From Caecitellus pseudoparvulus (lineage: Eukaryota > Protista > Bigyra: Bicosoecida), in contig CBFFRQ010000089.1 in the NCBI GenBank assembly GCA_965644315.1, positions 310,001 through 374,000 of the forward strand: a DNA stretch of 64,000 bases. Reading direction: 5' to 3'. Below are positions 18,001 to 27,300 of this stretch, piece after piece. Below the pieces are notes generated by a model that did not search any database, was not told the DNA's origin, and was given only the letters and a program-made list of their open reading frames with translations. Both the position numbers and the translations under genes were made by a program. How positions within the stretch are numbered: position 1 is the stretch's first letter; every line of letters starts with the position of its first letter.

Positions 18001-21000
18001 TCGGACAGTGAGGAGGCGGAGGAGGATGAGGACGAGGTCGCGTTCGCGACGCTGGACCAAGACCTGCTTGTGTCCATGCTGGCAGCTGGGGAGGAGGAGG
18101 CGGCAGCTGAGTACCAGCGGCGGTTCAATGCCCACCAGCAACGCGTCAGTGCGGCCGATGAAAAAGCCAAGGCGGCCAGCGCCCGCCGGCGCGCCGCTGC
18201 CAAGCGGGCGCGAGAGGAAGCGCTGCAACGTTCCCGTGCGGAAATGGAACGCAAGAAGGCGCTGGTGAAGAGTCGGTGGCAGGAAATGCGGTCGCAGCGG
18301 GAGGCTCGCTCTGCCGTGGCGGTCAAGGGCATGGAAGGCAATGCGTCAGACATTCTGCGCAAGGTGTCGCAGTCCGCGCAGTGGACGCTGGCCAGTGCCG
18401 GGGGTGAGCGCGAGGCGCAAGCTCGCAAGCCGTTTCGTGGCGGCGGCTTCGGCATCGGCGGACGCGACATGGAGAACGCCCAGCGGGAGATGTCGGAGGA
18501 TGGGGATGGGCCCCTGCTGCGCGCCCGGGAGTTGCCGCCTGATGGACGGCGCGGCGTGTCGCACTCGCCGAGGTTCGGTCGCTTGGACGAGCTGGATGCG
18601 CGGGGCATGCTGGGGCCTGACTTGCCTCCGGGGACCCCCCCTCACGGCAAGCGAGGGCCCTCGGCCCCCACCATTCCCCGCGAAGCCCCGGAGTCGCCCT
18701 TGCATGGCTCACGCACGTTGCATGGTCAGGGCGACATGCCCCCGCTGGGGGATGGGCGACTGACGGGAGTCGGCGGTTACACCGTCGGCCAGGCACCGGA
18801 ACTCGGCAAAGGGGGGAACTGGGTGGATCCTGGAGCTGGGCGTGCACACCACGCACTGGTAAAGGCGCGTGCTGCGCCATCTGGGAGCAGTGCGCACCGC
18901 CTGACTTCCAAGCAGGAAGCGGGCGTTTCTCGACTGGCCAGCGGCGTCGCTGCGCGGGACCCGAAAGTGAAGCGGGAGCTGCAGCGCAAGTTTGCCGCGA
19001 GCAAGCGCCAGATGGAGCGACTGGCCCGCCGCAAGCGCGCCAAGCGCTCCACCCGCACGAAGGAGTTCTCGTTTGCGACCCGGGCGCGACCAGCTCGTCG
19101 GCCGGCGCCCAAGCCGGCGACCCCGCAGACTGCCCCCAAGCCACGCCGCCGCCCGTACACGCCGCCCACCTTCACGGACGACAGTTCCGAAGGTGTGGAC
19201 ACGGGGGGACTCAGCGACTGGGAGGGGCGGTACCTTCGCGCACAGTCACAACGACTTGCCGCCATGGCTGTGCGGCGGGGCAAGGCGCGGGGTCAGGATG
19301 TCAGCCGCTTTGCCGCGCCGCCCACGTCGCCATCTGCAGAGGGCAAAGCAGGGGAGGAGGGGGATGTCTCGTACCTGCAGGCCGCCGCAGCACGACGTGC
19401 TCGGCGCCGCGTCGCTGAGCTGCAGCACGGCAAGGGGGGCTTGACGCTGGAGCAGTGGTGGGCGCAGCTGACTGCGCTGGCCACCTTGAACGCGCGCCAG
19501 GAGCGACACAGCTCTGCAGAGGCCTTCTTCCTGGGGGACTTGAACCTAGAGGGGGACAAGGCTGCGACGGCACTGCAGGTCGCCGTGCGAACTGCCGCCC
19601 GCACCGTGCGGGACTTGACGCGGCGTGGGAAAATTCCGCACCGGCGTCGCCGCCGCCGCCCCCCACCGGGCCAAGCACCCCCCCAAGCCCGCCTGGCTTC
19701 GGAGTTGCTGTCCGCAGCCATGGCTTCACGGGGGGGTGTTTGGCAGGATGTGTCGCTGCCCACGTCGCCAGGCGGCGGCGAGGGCAGCGGGTCGGATGTG
19801 CTGACGGACCTCAGCGACAGCTCTGCCAGCTCGGGCGCGTTTTCAGAGGCTGCCAGCAGTGGGCGTCGCTCCCGCAGCTACACTGGGCGGGGAAGCCCCG
19901 GTTCACCGGGTTCCCCGCAGCCAGAGGGCGCGCTGGAGGAGTGGACGGACCTGGTCGCGCCCAACCAAGTTGGGGAGGTGGATGCCATCGTGCGACGCCG
20001 GTCGTTGTCCGCCGCCACTGCGCCGCGCAGGGGGGACGTCCCACCGCCTAGTGTGGTGCTGTCGACCATTGTCTCACAGGAAGGCACTGGTCCCACCCCT
20101 GACTCAGGCGCCCTCACCCACTCTGACTCGCTGCACGCCAGCAGCATGGTGGCGCACCCCGCCGTCCCCGCAGCCCCCCCGTCCACCAGCAAGGAAGGCC
20201 TGGAGCTGGAGCTGTCAGACAGCGACCAGGAGGGTGGCGGCGAGCAGGGCGCCTTCAGCGAGGGGTTTTCTTTCGACGCGGAGGAGGTCGCACAAGCCGA
20301 GGCTTGGCGCAGCGGCCGAGCAGCGCCCGCCACGCCGCTGCCAGGCGACGGCGACAGCGACCGCGACGAGGCCCATCGCCACGTGCGGGATTCCGAGCCG
20401 GTGCAGGACGTGCGAGTTCGCATCGCGCATGGCCTGTCCGCGCTGGCAACCAGCGGGCCGCGCCGGCTGGCCCGCACAGTCGGGACTCTCGCGCGGCGAT
20501 CTGGCTGGTTCAGGGCTGCCGTGGGGTTGGCTCTGCCGCAGGGCAGTGGGGGACGGCGCCGACGGGCCCAGGCTGCCTGCAAGGCTGGTGCCGTGGCAGT
20601 GGCGCAGGACGACACGTTGGCGGAGCTGGCAGGGCGGTACACTGTAAGCCGCATGCCGGGCGGCGCCACGCCACAGGGGCTGGCGGAGCTGGCTGCGCCT
20701 GGCTGCAAGCTCCCGGATTGGGTCACCGCCACCACGGGTTCTGGCACTGCCCTGCACCTGCCGGAGCCGTGGCTGCTGCACCACACGTCTGCGGGGCAGG
20801 CGGCGTTTTCCGCTGTGAAGGTGCTTGCAGCTGGGGCGGGGCAGGCTGCTGCTTTGGCGGCGGGGGATGTCTCGCGCCTGCCACTGGCGCTGCGGGATCC
20901 AGGCAGGGTGGAGGGTGTTCCAGCCAGCGTTTTGGGACGGTGTCTCGCAGGTGGTGGCGTGCGGTGCAGGCCTCTGCGCAGTGGCGTTTCCTTGCGCCGC

Positions 21001-24000
21001 CGCGCCGGCACGAGGTCAGGGGGCATGAGCTGGTCCGACTCAGAAGTGGACAAAGTGCACGCGGCACAGCGGCGAAGTGCCAGTGGCAGCAGTATTGCAG
21101 GAGCTCACCGCCACCTGTCCCACCGCTCGCAGCGCCAGTGGCTGCGGCGGTGGTTGTCGCAGTACGGCAAGCTGTGTGCTGCTCTGACGCCGGTGTGGGA
21201 ACACCCCACTGTGGGCGGAACACTTCGCGGTGGTGCTCATCCGCAGCGCAGATCACTGTCGGACGCAGGAGTCACCTCCACAGGCCTTGCGGAGGCTGGG
21301 GACACTGCACGCACGCTCAGCTCGGCTTCCAGCGTCATGGGCGGTGCAGTGTGGGGCGAGGGGGGGTTGCGGAGCCAGCAGTGGGGGGTGCTGTCCCAAC
21401 AAGCCTTGCGCAGGCTGGCCACGGAGCAGGGCGGGCGGGCCAGCCTGGACTCTGTGCACGTGGCGGCTGTGCGTCCCAAAGTCATGCACTGGGGCGGGGG
21501 GCTCATTGACGCGGCACCGCCCGACCGTGACAGTCACCTGGGCACCCCCACCCAGGCGGGGCCAGGAGTGACATTCCGTACCCCACTGACGACGAGGCAA
21601 CGAACCCCCAAAGCAGCCACACTGCGCTTCGGGTCGGCGGTGGCGGGTGGGCCGGGCGAAGCACAGGGAGAGCTGCGCGGCAGCGTCGGGCTCGTCTCCC
21701 CCGCACTGTCCATGCGATCTCGCCGCGTCGTCGCAGCCGCGCGCTCCGTGGCTCGGCATGCTTCCAGCACACGGGCGCACACTGCCAGTCTCCTCGCCAT
21801 CAGCGGCCCGGGGCAGGTCGAGCAGCGGCGTGTGGACGTGCCCGGCACAGTGAGCCTGGGAGCGCTGGGCAACATGCCGGTGGCCAACATGCCCACAGCG
21901 CCGCCCACCCCCTCTGCCACTGGACCTGCAAATAGTGTCACGGTTATGGCGGGTGGCGGCCCCAACACTGGCACTGTGCTGTCTGAGCGAGCGCCGTCCA
22001 CAGGCTCGCCGAGCCGGCGCACGGCAGGGCGGCTTGCCGACTCGCCCTGGCGACGCGACCCGGCACAGGTGCTGCAGGACCAGCGCGTCGCGTTCGCCGA
22101 CTACATGCGAGACATGGTGGGCATGGGCCTCGCGCCCAGGGTGGTGCGGGCTCCCGCTGGCATCCCTGGGCCCACTGCCAGTCGACACAGGTCCACTGCA
22201 GGTCGCCGCGTGGCAACGCCTTCCCCGCTGCAGGCCTGGCACAAGGCTCGCCGTGTGGCGTCACACCAGGCCCCCAGCATTGCTGCAGAGCAGTTGCTTG
22301 CTTTGCTGGGCGGGGCGTCGCCGTCATCCGCACGGCAGCGTGGTAGCTCGCCGTCGCGGGCCCTCATGGGGGGCGGTTTCGCGGTTGGGGCGAAGGGTGG
22401 CCGTGGCACCCTTCACCGAGGCCTGGTGTTCAGCCAAGAGCACTCCAGCTCTGCCACTGCTCTCGCTGACGTTGCACGGGCATACCCCACGCTGCTGAGC
22501 AGCCTGCTGTCTGCCGTGCAGGCGACATCGTTGCAACTTGCGCTGGGGACTGCGCCAGGGTACGTGCGGGCGGCGGTGCGGGACGCGAGCGTAATACGCG
22601 CCATGCGCACCCTCCTGCCTGACCCCCACAGCCACCGCGCCCCACCTCCCCTCCAAGGCACTGTGGCGGCGCTGCTGCGCGCGGCAGCGGCCGGCAAGGC
22701 CTCCCACCGCGCCGGCGAGCTGCATGCGTGGTCTGCGGAATTAGCAGGGGAGGCGGGCGCGTCACTTCTCGGAGCCTTCGATGCCGAGGCGGGCGGGTGG
22801 ATGCCGCAGCATCCATTTGACCTGGCCGTGCAAGGCATGGCAAGTGCCCAGCCGGGCCAGCGCGGCGTGCGGGCGGCCAAGGCGCAGCCCGGCCCTGCCC
22901 GGTCCGTTCTGCGCATGACAAACGTCGTTGTGCGCGATGTAGCCGCTCTCAGCAGCGGGCGGCAGTCAGACGCCCGAAGGGCGAAGCAAGAGCAGCCGCA
23001 CAGTCCAGCTGCACGGAGCCCCAGTCCAGACGAGCCACCTGTCCCCGATGTGGTGCAGCGCTTGTCGGGCGTGGTAGGTCGCACGCGCCGACCACGTCGC
23101 CCGATGCACGCGTCCGACAGCGCCGAGTCACTACACAGCGACAGCTTCACACAGGAGGCCCTGCAGTCTGTCGCGGTGGCGGCACATGGGGAGCGCTTCG
23201 CCTCTGCCACCTCGTTGGAGTTTGAAGATTCCGTGGTGCCGGTGCAGTTGAGCGCGTCTGCCGCGCAGCGCGGGGGATCACGCTGGGCGGCTGCTGGTAC
23301 CGCCAAACACTCCCCTCGAGTGCCAGGGCTGGGCGGCGGTGCTGCAGACTTGTCCCAGCTCACAGCAGCGCAGGGCGCCGTGCCACCACGCGGCACATCG
23401 CACGCCCCCACGCAGGGCGCGATTGAAGCGAGTGTGCAAGTGCCCAGCAGTGTGCCGCGACTGGCGCTTCCAAGCCGCCCAGGTCGCAAGCTCACGGCGA
23501 GCGGCCACGCTGCCAGTTCCTCTGCTGTGGACAGTGTGCGTGTGCCGTTCGTGCCACCCACCACGGGCAGGTCGCACAGCGAGCAGGACGCGGCTTCCGT
23601 CGCGAGCTCGGCAGCGTCAGCCGCCACGCTGCCCTTGCCCGGCACAGCCGCTCGCCCCCTGGACCCCGATGCAGCCTTGCAGCGTGCTCTGGGGCGAAGC
23701 GACGCGGCGCTGCTTCGTGTAGCGTCGGCAGCAGGGCTGACGGGGGGCACGCTGGCGACGTTCCGTGTCAAGCTGCGACCTGCAGAGTACATGCGGCGTC
23801 GCCGGCCGAAAGGTGGTCGCAGGCGCCGACGCAGGCGCCGCCGAGCTCAGCACCCCAAAGCGTCATCCACGCCGCAAGACGAGCCTGCAGAGAGCAGCGA
23901 CGCGTCCGAGGGTGGGGCGGCCAACGGCGCTGAGCCTCCTGCAACAGCGCACGAACTGAGTCTGCCGCAGGAACCTGGCAGCATGGCACACTTGCCAGCA

Positions 24001-24210
24001 GACATGCGCCGGCCTGACTCACTGGCGGATGTGATGAGCCCCGGCACGCCGCGCAGCATTGTGAAGCGGGGAGTGAGCGGGCAGTCCCTGCCTGTGCGTT
24101 TTACCGGCGCCCCCTCCGTGGTCAGTGCCCGCAGCGACCCGGCAGCAGACGAGGCAGAGCTGGACGCATACATGGATGCAGTGTTGGCAGGGGAGCTAGA
24201 TGCCGAGTAG
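12091..24210 (+). CDS. Giant (~4,040 aa) mostly low-complexity protein with a conserved-looking N-terminal helical module, a split AP2-like domain, a coiled coil and Arg-rich NLS-like tracts
   Basis: Uninterrupted 12-kb ORF (track starts at GTG 12058; first ATG 12091; an upstream exon is possible). Ordered-looking segments are LAELDWERD...FADTMFELADVWTETTAEKEYCQFLLTML (~13220-13470) and EIVLGVFPDQLTAALAFDHAVR...LFTNF (~17025-17265). An acidic tract and coiled coil lie at ~17980-18300, with poly-Arg at ~19640 and ~23795-23845. Confidence 0.8.
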   Translation: MSSGVGASVSLTVDGSGAALPSASGDNPPSAASRAPAPVLRPPFIDTSPPQGAPGSRRITLPSTAPAFPQHTKSDLEALQGAAELAASVGRDVSLGRPGAKLPSVDLRSVDLRSMDWTREDSRDMSTRDLYTPTAAGYIRRRRASTGQWSDMQSPRHGSTSTTGPDTAPASLSQVARRVSHALRATRSPRHGSSRKPRRMSAFDRTVDVLAGGAPNSQLVQEYAAALHRKRPRQRWSQLESADPHAAQVMSGVYRVALSEAKAGGVVTEAGRREHRRLQRACHLLPPAPRKHAEGREPVPYVLQGDLRFYSVQFLLRRHRLRRAPRVRACLSLWFAVARTCTEDGRAVLGVGRETYLSIFTTLWPVLNPSGSTAEGLVLAELDWERDVALGRGRGPTSTSGSASPTRRRDISKDSDSGVSGVSNLFLKERVFADTMFELADVWTETTAEKEYCQFLLTMLRHWVDSVGRSELPTLLQLASDTSEPSAVDAVAARDVLSGLGQWVWAAGPQPGTHWRHSALPEVLAGLPEGLPEGGDGDGQALDRVGAYDSDSDALLSTDESDSGVSSAGSQSSSGSFIPGWEGEGGGEEGHLAHLLEWAARKGYAHSHSSFLHRHRSVSPGTVVSLPTHAPTIGRATPPSDASEVAQRSASQQAARGRPHLRLHLAADDSSDAADASRTPLAGPFLRAMDTAVTRLLQGKGADHAAKHHPHPKQLVTAGGQARGVGATMGGAPHAVGQLLLPTARGSHPGLPLAGSVGGNYRAVHGQWVGGSTSGSVPHRVPISTSGGDGFSSGVLAASLHSALTSGVWQVAGVDGTALATRAWDGELLLAMAEVEARRRERAAWQRAVSQRVVAIWKEMVLRTRARRAHRALLRTSSKARRKERVRRKFMKALQSVAAELKDTHASRLMGVLDTLPSVETSAAQTGAKESGEGKVPPAPPGRHAGQPPRHTRSRTAPALPSALRTSHSTTLRKEVSYASDVEDGEDTADAEVQPASASVGTEYDPEHGAVIHGPTGNIFIPPLPSDTHALFAAFRDEEGYSHEMALCDHLLLSGLGHRAIAQAPPPPARTTPRSTSVSVAEAPMPSAGHRHTPSMASVGLPAVSLAVHRGGSMQFDALGRMSSLSSASSEDGTQRHAEHPMRPAATPQPSEPTAASDAQAMLYEVALAVAKPGAVEAFPRQQKLQGEVAQVPSPPPSRHRSRVTFSDRALAGVLEQVGGVDAAEQLHAVSGLEQAAAAKGVSSIVNALRGSSEGKAGAETATAAFLSRFTAMKRMAQDQAAAARSRLAAAKARVAAPKVRMLLNDDTVMRAAAHLQSKAVHGFTSPLSSASDRGSRNGHHGGSLSMGAAGSKSLLSTPSALSMGAEHGAPPPMPSGPGTMRPVRYGVGGLGCTPRDWELLGVMPIQIPHSALQHAGLVRGVGSSPWAGSGGVHAAGVVFAEALALCSSAFAPAAPGSALGGLVQAGMQATRARLEASPGAPLYVGAASEGWVWVAWMLVDHLEGAHVPRRKVTTSQTRRGSHAPSAASAPPPSSTRATARTPREAVGVDDEPSMQSTDLSATPVATDDLQTTSFWPPTPSMRQRSSSATPRTGSPRPPTSRAAKLDASVVGTVDDLDALSERRSRVNADGTTWSRADAAEDASREIVLGVFPDQLTAALAFDHAVRERRARLGIPAPIAASLQDQLGRDAGDGRSAGGGAVDGLSAWDIRRLPARSRHNLFTNFTLAGMLLKPPPHLHAERAFFPPSAAPPRLHRWQVYTHLAQQRALAAATTADAAASAARRFGLQHAQSTAALQAVQSAVQAGQLHCPAVQGGSEGVQASMQRAMAAASGEGDSRHDHTAKHQALVVPDSIPVGAGIQSPLPAQLTQREAGWVEGDNTLLRYGLAATAKDVAGMDAEVLATAPRPAAKVAVAEGPLRASDLLHTPLLMTMMRADRARRRKRLHAALLKRTGIQLVESPSLEEEEGGASDSEEAEEDEDEVAFATLDQDLLVSMLAAGEEEAAAEYQRRFNAHQQRVSAADEKAKAASARRRAAAKRAREEALQRSRAEMERKKALVKSRWQEMRSQREARSAVAVKGMEGNASDILRKVSQSAQWTLASAGGEREAQARKPFRGGGFGIGGRDMENAQREMSEDGDGPLLRARELPPDGRRGVSHSPRFGRLDELDARGMLGPDLPPGTPPHGKRGPSAPTIPREAPESPLHGSRTLHGQGDMPPLGDGRLTGVGGYTVGQAPELGKGGNWVDPGAGRAHHALVKARAAPSGSSAHRLTSKQEAGVSRLASGVAARDPKVKRELQRKFAASKRQMERLARRKRAKRSTRTKEFSFATRARPARRPAPKPATPQTAPKPRRRPYTPPTFTDDSSEGVDTGGLSDWEGRYLRAQSQRLAAMAVRRGKARGQDVSRFAAPPTSPSAEGKAGEEGDVSYLQAAAARRARRRVAELQHGKGGLTLEQWWAQLTALATLNARQERHSSAEAFFLGDLNLEGDKAATALQVAVRTAARTVRDLTRRGKIPHRRRRRRPPPGQAPPQARLASELLSAAMASRGGVWQDVSLPTSPGGGEGSGSDVLTDLSDSSASSGAFSEAASSGRRSRSYTGRGSPGSPGSPQPEGALEEWTDLVAPNQVGEVDAIVRRRSLSAATAPRRGDVPPPSVVLSTIVSQEGTGPTPDSGALTHSDSLHASSMVAHPAVPAAPPSTSKEGLELELSDSDQEGGGEQGAFSEGFSFDAEEVAQAEAWRSGRAAPATPLPGDGDSDRDEAHRHVRDSEPVQDVRVRIAHGLSALATSGPRRLARTVGTLARRSGWFRAAVGLALPQGSGGRRRRAQAACKAGAVAVAQDDTLAELAGRYTVSRMPGGATPQGLAELAAPGCKLPDWVTATTGSGTALHLPEPWLLHHTSAGQAAFSAVKVLAAGAGQAAALAAGDVSRLPLALRDPGRVEGVPASVLGRCLAGGGVRCRPLRSGVSLRRRAGTRSGGMSWSDSEVDKVHAAQRRSASGSSIAGAHRHLSHRSQRQWLRRWLSQYGKLCAALTPVWEHPTVGGTLRGGAHPQRRSLSDAGVTSTGLAEAGDTARTLSSASSVMGGAVWGEGGLRSQQWGVLSQQALRRLATEQGGRASLDSVHVAAVRPKVMHWGGGLIDAAPPDRDSHLGTPTQAGPGVTFRTPLTTRQRTPKAATLRFGSAVAGGPGEAQGELRGSVGLVSPALSMRSRRVVAAARSVARHASSTRAHTASLLAISGPGQVEQRRVDVPGTVSLGALGNMPVANMPTAPPTPSATGPANSVTVMAGGGPNTGTVLSERAPSTGSPSRRTAGRLADSPWRRDPAQVLQDQRVAFADYMRDMVGMGLAPRVVRAPAGIPGPTASRHRSTAGRRVATPSPLQAWHKARRVASHQAPSIAAEQLLALLGGASPSSARQRGSSPSRALMGGGFAVGAKGGRGTLHRGLVFSQEHSSSATALADVARAYPTLLSSLLSAVQATSLQLALGTAPGYVRAAVRDASVIRAMRTLLPDPHSHRAPPPLQGTVAALLRAAAAGKASHRAGELHAWSAELAGEAGASLLGAFDAEAGGWMPQHPFDLAVQGMASAQPGQRGVRAAKAQPGPARSVLRMTNVVVRDVAALSSGRQSDARRAKQEQPHSPAARSPSPDEPPVPDVVQRLSGVVGRTRRPRRPMHASDSAESLHSDSFTQEALQSVAVAAHGERFASATSLEFEDSVVPVQLSASAAQRGGSRWAAAGTAKHSPRVPGLGGGAADLSQLTAAQGAVPPRGTSHAPTQGAIEASVQVPSSVPRLALPSRPGRKLTASGHAASSSAVDSVRVPFVPPTTGRSHSEQDAASVASSAASAATLPLPGTAARPLDPDAALQRALGRSDAALLRVASAAGLTGGTLATFRVKLRPAEYMRRRRPKGGRRRRRRRRRAQHPKASSTPQDEPAESSDASEGGAANGAEPPATAHELSLPQEPGSMAHLPADMRRPDSLADVMSPGTPRSIVKRGVSGQSLPVRFTGAPSVVSARSDPAADEAELDAYMDAVLAGELDAE

Positions 24211-24322
24211 TGCAGGGTGTGCCGCCTCTAGGAGTGTGCCGGGTGAGCGAGAAATGCATGCATTCTGCACAACACGTGTTTCTGAGCGCCGCCAGGGCAG
24301 CGTTTGCGCACCCCCCCGCCTT

Positions 24323-27300
24323 TCACTGCCATGTGCGAGCACCAGCAGAAGGCGCTGCGCGCGTCACGGTGGCTGCCTGGCGCACACGTGACCGGAGGCC
24401 GCCTGACTGCGTGGCGATGCCAAAGTGTGTCGGGGCTGAGCGGCGGGGGGCGTGGGAGAACGCCTCCCCCGCACCATCCCCTGACGGCGTGATCATACCG
24501 GTAGACGAAAGGCGCTGCAGGGTGGAGGCCATGGAGGGCAGTGCCGTGCCATGGGCGCTCTTGTACGCCTGCCGCACCTTGTGGGACTTGGAGTTGCCCG
24601 AGATGAACGCCGCCACCTTGCCGTACAGTGCGTTGCGTTCGCGCTGGGCTGCCGCGCGGCGGGGCGTGACCGGTGCGAACAGCGAACTGCCATCGTCCTC
24701 GTCGCCTGCCTCCGACACGCTGCTGAGCGCGCCAGAGGAGGGCAGGGGGGGGTACCCCTCCCTGCTGCGCCCCCCCACACTGGGCAGCGGGTGGATGCTC
24801 AGGCGCCCCTTGCGAGCTGGGGGGCTGTGGCCATGCTGCGACCCCGAGTCGTCGAAAGTGACGTGGCTTGACGCACGGAAGGCGCCCCCGGCCGGCGTGA
24901 CGGCATGGTGAGCCCCACTGGTTGGCGCAAAGGGGTGCGCGCCGTCGTCTGACTGCATGGACATCTGCCGTGCCGTGTTCACGAGCATGCTCATGACGAC
25001 TTCCCGGGAGGAGGAAGAGCGGCGCGCACGCCCCGAGCTGTCGCTCTCCACAGACGAGAAGCTTCGCAGGCCGCCCTGCTGCAGGAGTGGCCGCCCACCA
25101 CCGGCACCTGTGGGCTGGGCGCCGGGGTCGCTCTGAGTCACTGGGTCTGCAGTGCCGGCCCTGCGGGCATACTTGTTGGCCGCACGGCGCGGTGCGACGG
25201 TGCTCTTGAGCCCGGCAGTGGAGGCCAGCGTGTCCATGATGGAGCTCTGGCGGCGCATGGTTGAGGGGGGGGAGGACGGGAGTGGCACGTCGGCGGAACC
25301 GCTGCTGACTCGGCGTGAGGCTGTGCGCACGGAAATACGGCGCACCGAACCCCTCCCCGCGGGGGCCACCACCTGGGGCCGGTGAGGCGTGGGCGGCACA
25401 GGGGAACTGGCCGTGCCGGTGGGCAGTGGCGCCGTGCCGGTGCTGCCGCTGTGCTCCGGCACTTGGATCTGCAGACCCGTCAAGGCGGGGCTGTGGGACC
25501 CGCTCTCTTCTGAGTCACTCCACGCGCCCGCGGCGTCCCAGAACTGGTCGTCCTGGGCAGTGGGGCTGGGAGTGAAGACAAAGGCGCCCGAGTCACCGCT
25601 GGACACGCTGTCTGACCGCGACAGCGCCTCGCCCCGTGATGTGACGGTGGGGAACACCTCCTTCACCGGGTCTCGCGCACGCGTCTCGGGGTGCACTCGT
25701 TCCTTGCCGCTTGAGGACTGCGTCGCAGTGCCCGGGTTGGACTCCATCTGCCGGCGCAGGGAGCGGTCTCCAGCGCTGGGAGACGGCTTCGTGGTCGCTG
25801 GGAATGCATCGTCCGACGCAGGCTGGGTTTGCAGCGGCGTTTCCGTGGGTGCAGTGCGGCCCGAGCCCTGTCCTGTGGATGGCGCCGTGTCGTCTAGCGA
25901 CCCCGAGCGCTGACGGGCGGGAGTGGCGCCAGCGCGCCCCTTGGGGACGCCGTCTGAGTCGTCCCCAGGGGCCTCCTCTGAGCCGCCGCCTGTGCCGACG
26001 GAAGCTGGCACCATGTGCCACTGCCCCCGCTGGGAAGGAGGCGGCACCTTGGACTCGGCCCCCTGCAGGTCATCCACACTGGGCTGCTTGTCCAGGGTGG
26101 GCGGTGGGGACAGGGGGGGCACCTGCACGGTTGTGTGGTGCACGCGCTCCGTCACCTGCTCCTCGCTCAGGAGGGCTTCCTTGTCCCCTCGCCAGAACTT
26201 GATGTGTTCCTGGCCCCCGCCCAGGCGGATGAGCTGGCGCCCACGCTCCGTCTCTTCCTCCAGCGGCAGGGTGGGTATGGCTGGGATGTGGGGGTGGGGG
26301 TCTGCGAAGCTGTCCCCCGTGTCCACCGCAGCCCGGCGCACCCAATTCGGCCGCCGCACGACCCAGTCGTTGCGCACGGCAAGCTCGTAGTACTTGTTCG
26401 CAGGCAGGTGGTTTTCCTGGAACAGAGACCACCCCAGGTCTCGCTTGTACCCGACTGGCACGACGCAGCAGGAGCAGCTCGGACACAGCAGTTGCCAGCA
26501 GCCGCAAATGACGTGCCCAACATTCCCAATTTGCCCATTGTCTGCCATGGACTTGGGGGCGTCCTGCATGGCGGCCCGCTCCCGCTTGGAGCTGCGGCGC
26601 CACTTGAGGTAGGTGATGTCACTGAGCGTCAGGTCTCGCTCAGCGAAGCCGTGCCGCGTCAGCCACCGGTGGTTGGTGCGGTAAAACCGGGGGGACGAGC
26701 AACACATGCGCAGTTTCCCCGTCAAGTTGTCGCGCACCATGAGCCAGGGGCAGCAGCAGCGCACGCCACTGCGGCCCCACCTGTCGATGGAGTAGATGAA
26801 GGCACCCACCAGCTTGATGCCGGAGGACCAGGTGATGAACAGTGCGATGACGAGGGCGAACTGCTGGATCTGGCCCAGTGTCAGGGCGGCAGCCACCAGC
26901 AGGAGATTGGAGAACAGCAGCGCGATGATGACCCACAGCCTGAAGTTGTTGAAGCGCATGGCGGTGGCCTTGCGGTCCAACTGCAACTTGGCCGCGGCAT
27001 CCGCCGCCTCCTGCGCCTGCTTCTTGTGCACTTCCACGACGTTGTGCAGCTGCTCCAGCAACTCTATGCGGGCTGGTCCGTCCCCATCGCCCTCCCGGAC
27101 ATCGCCCAGCAGCTCTGCCGCCTGCTGGGGGTTCACGATGTCGGCCCGCACCTGCCCCTCAGTCGGCAGCTCATCCACGCCCAGCTTCTCGCGCATGGCG
27201 TCGATGAGCGCGGCAGTCTCCGCCTCGCTCTGCGTCGCGGCAGAGGCGCCCGTGGCCATGACGGTGTCCATGGCGGCTGCCTGGAGGAGCTGCATGCCCC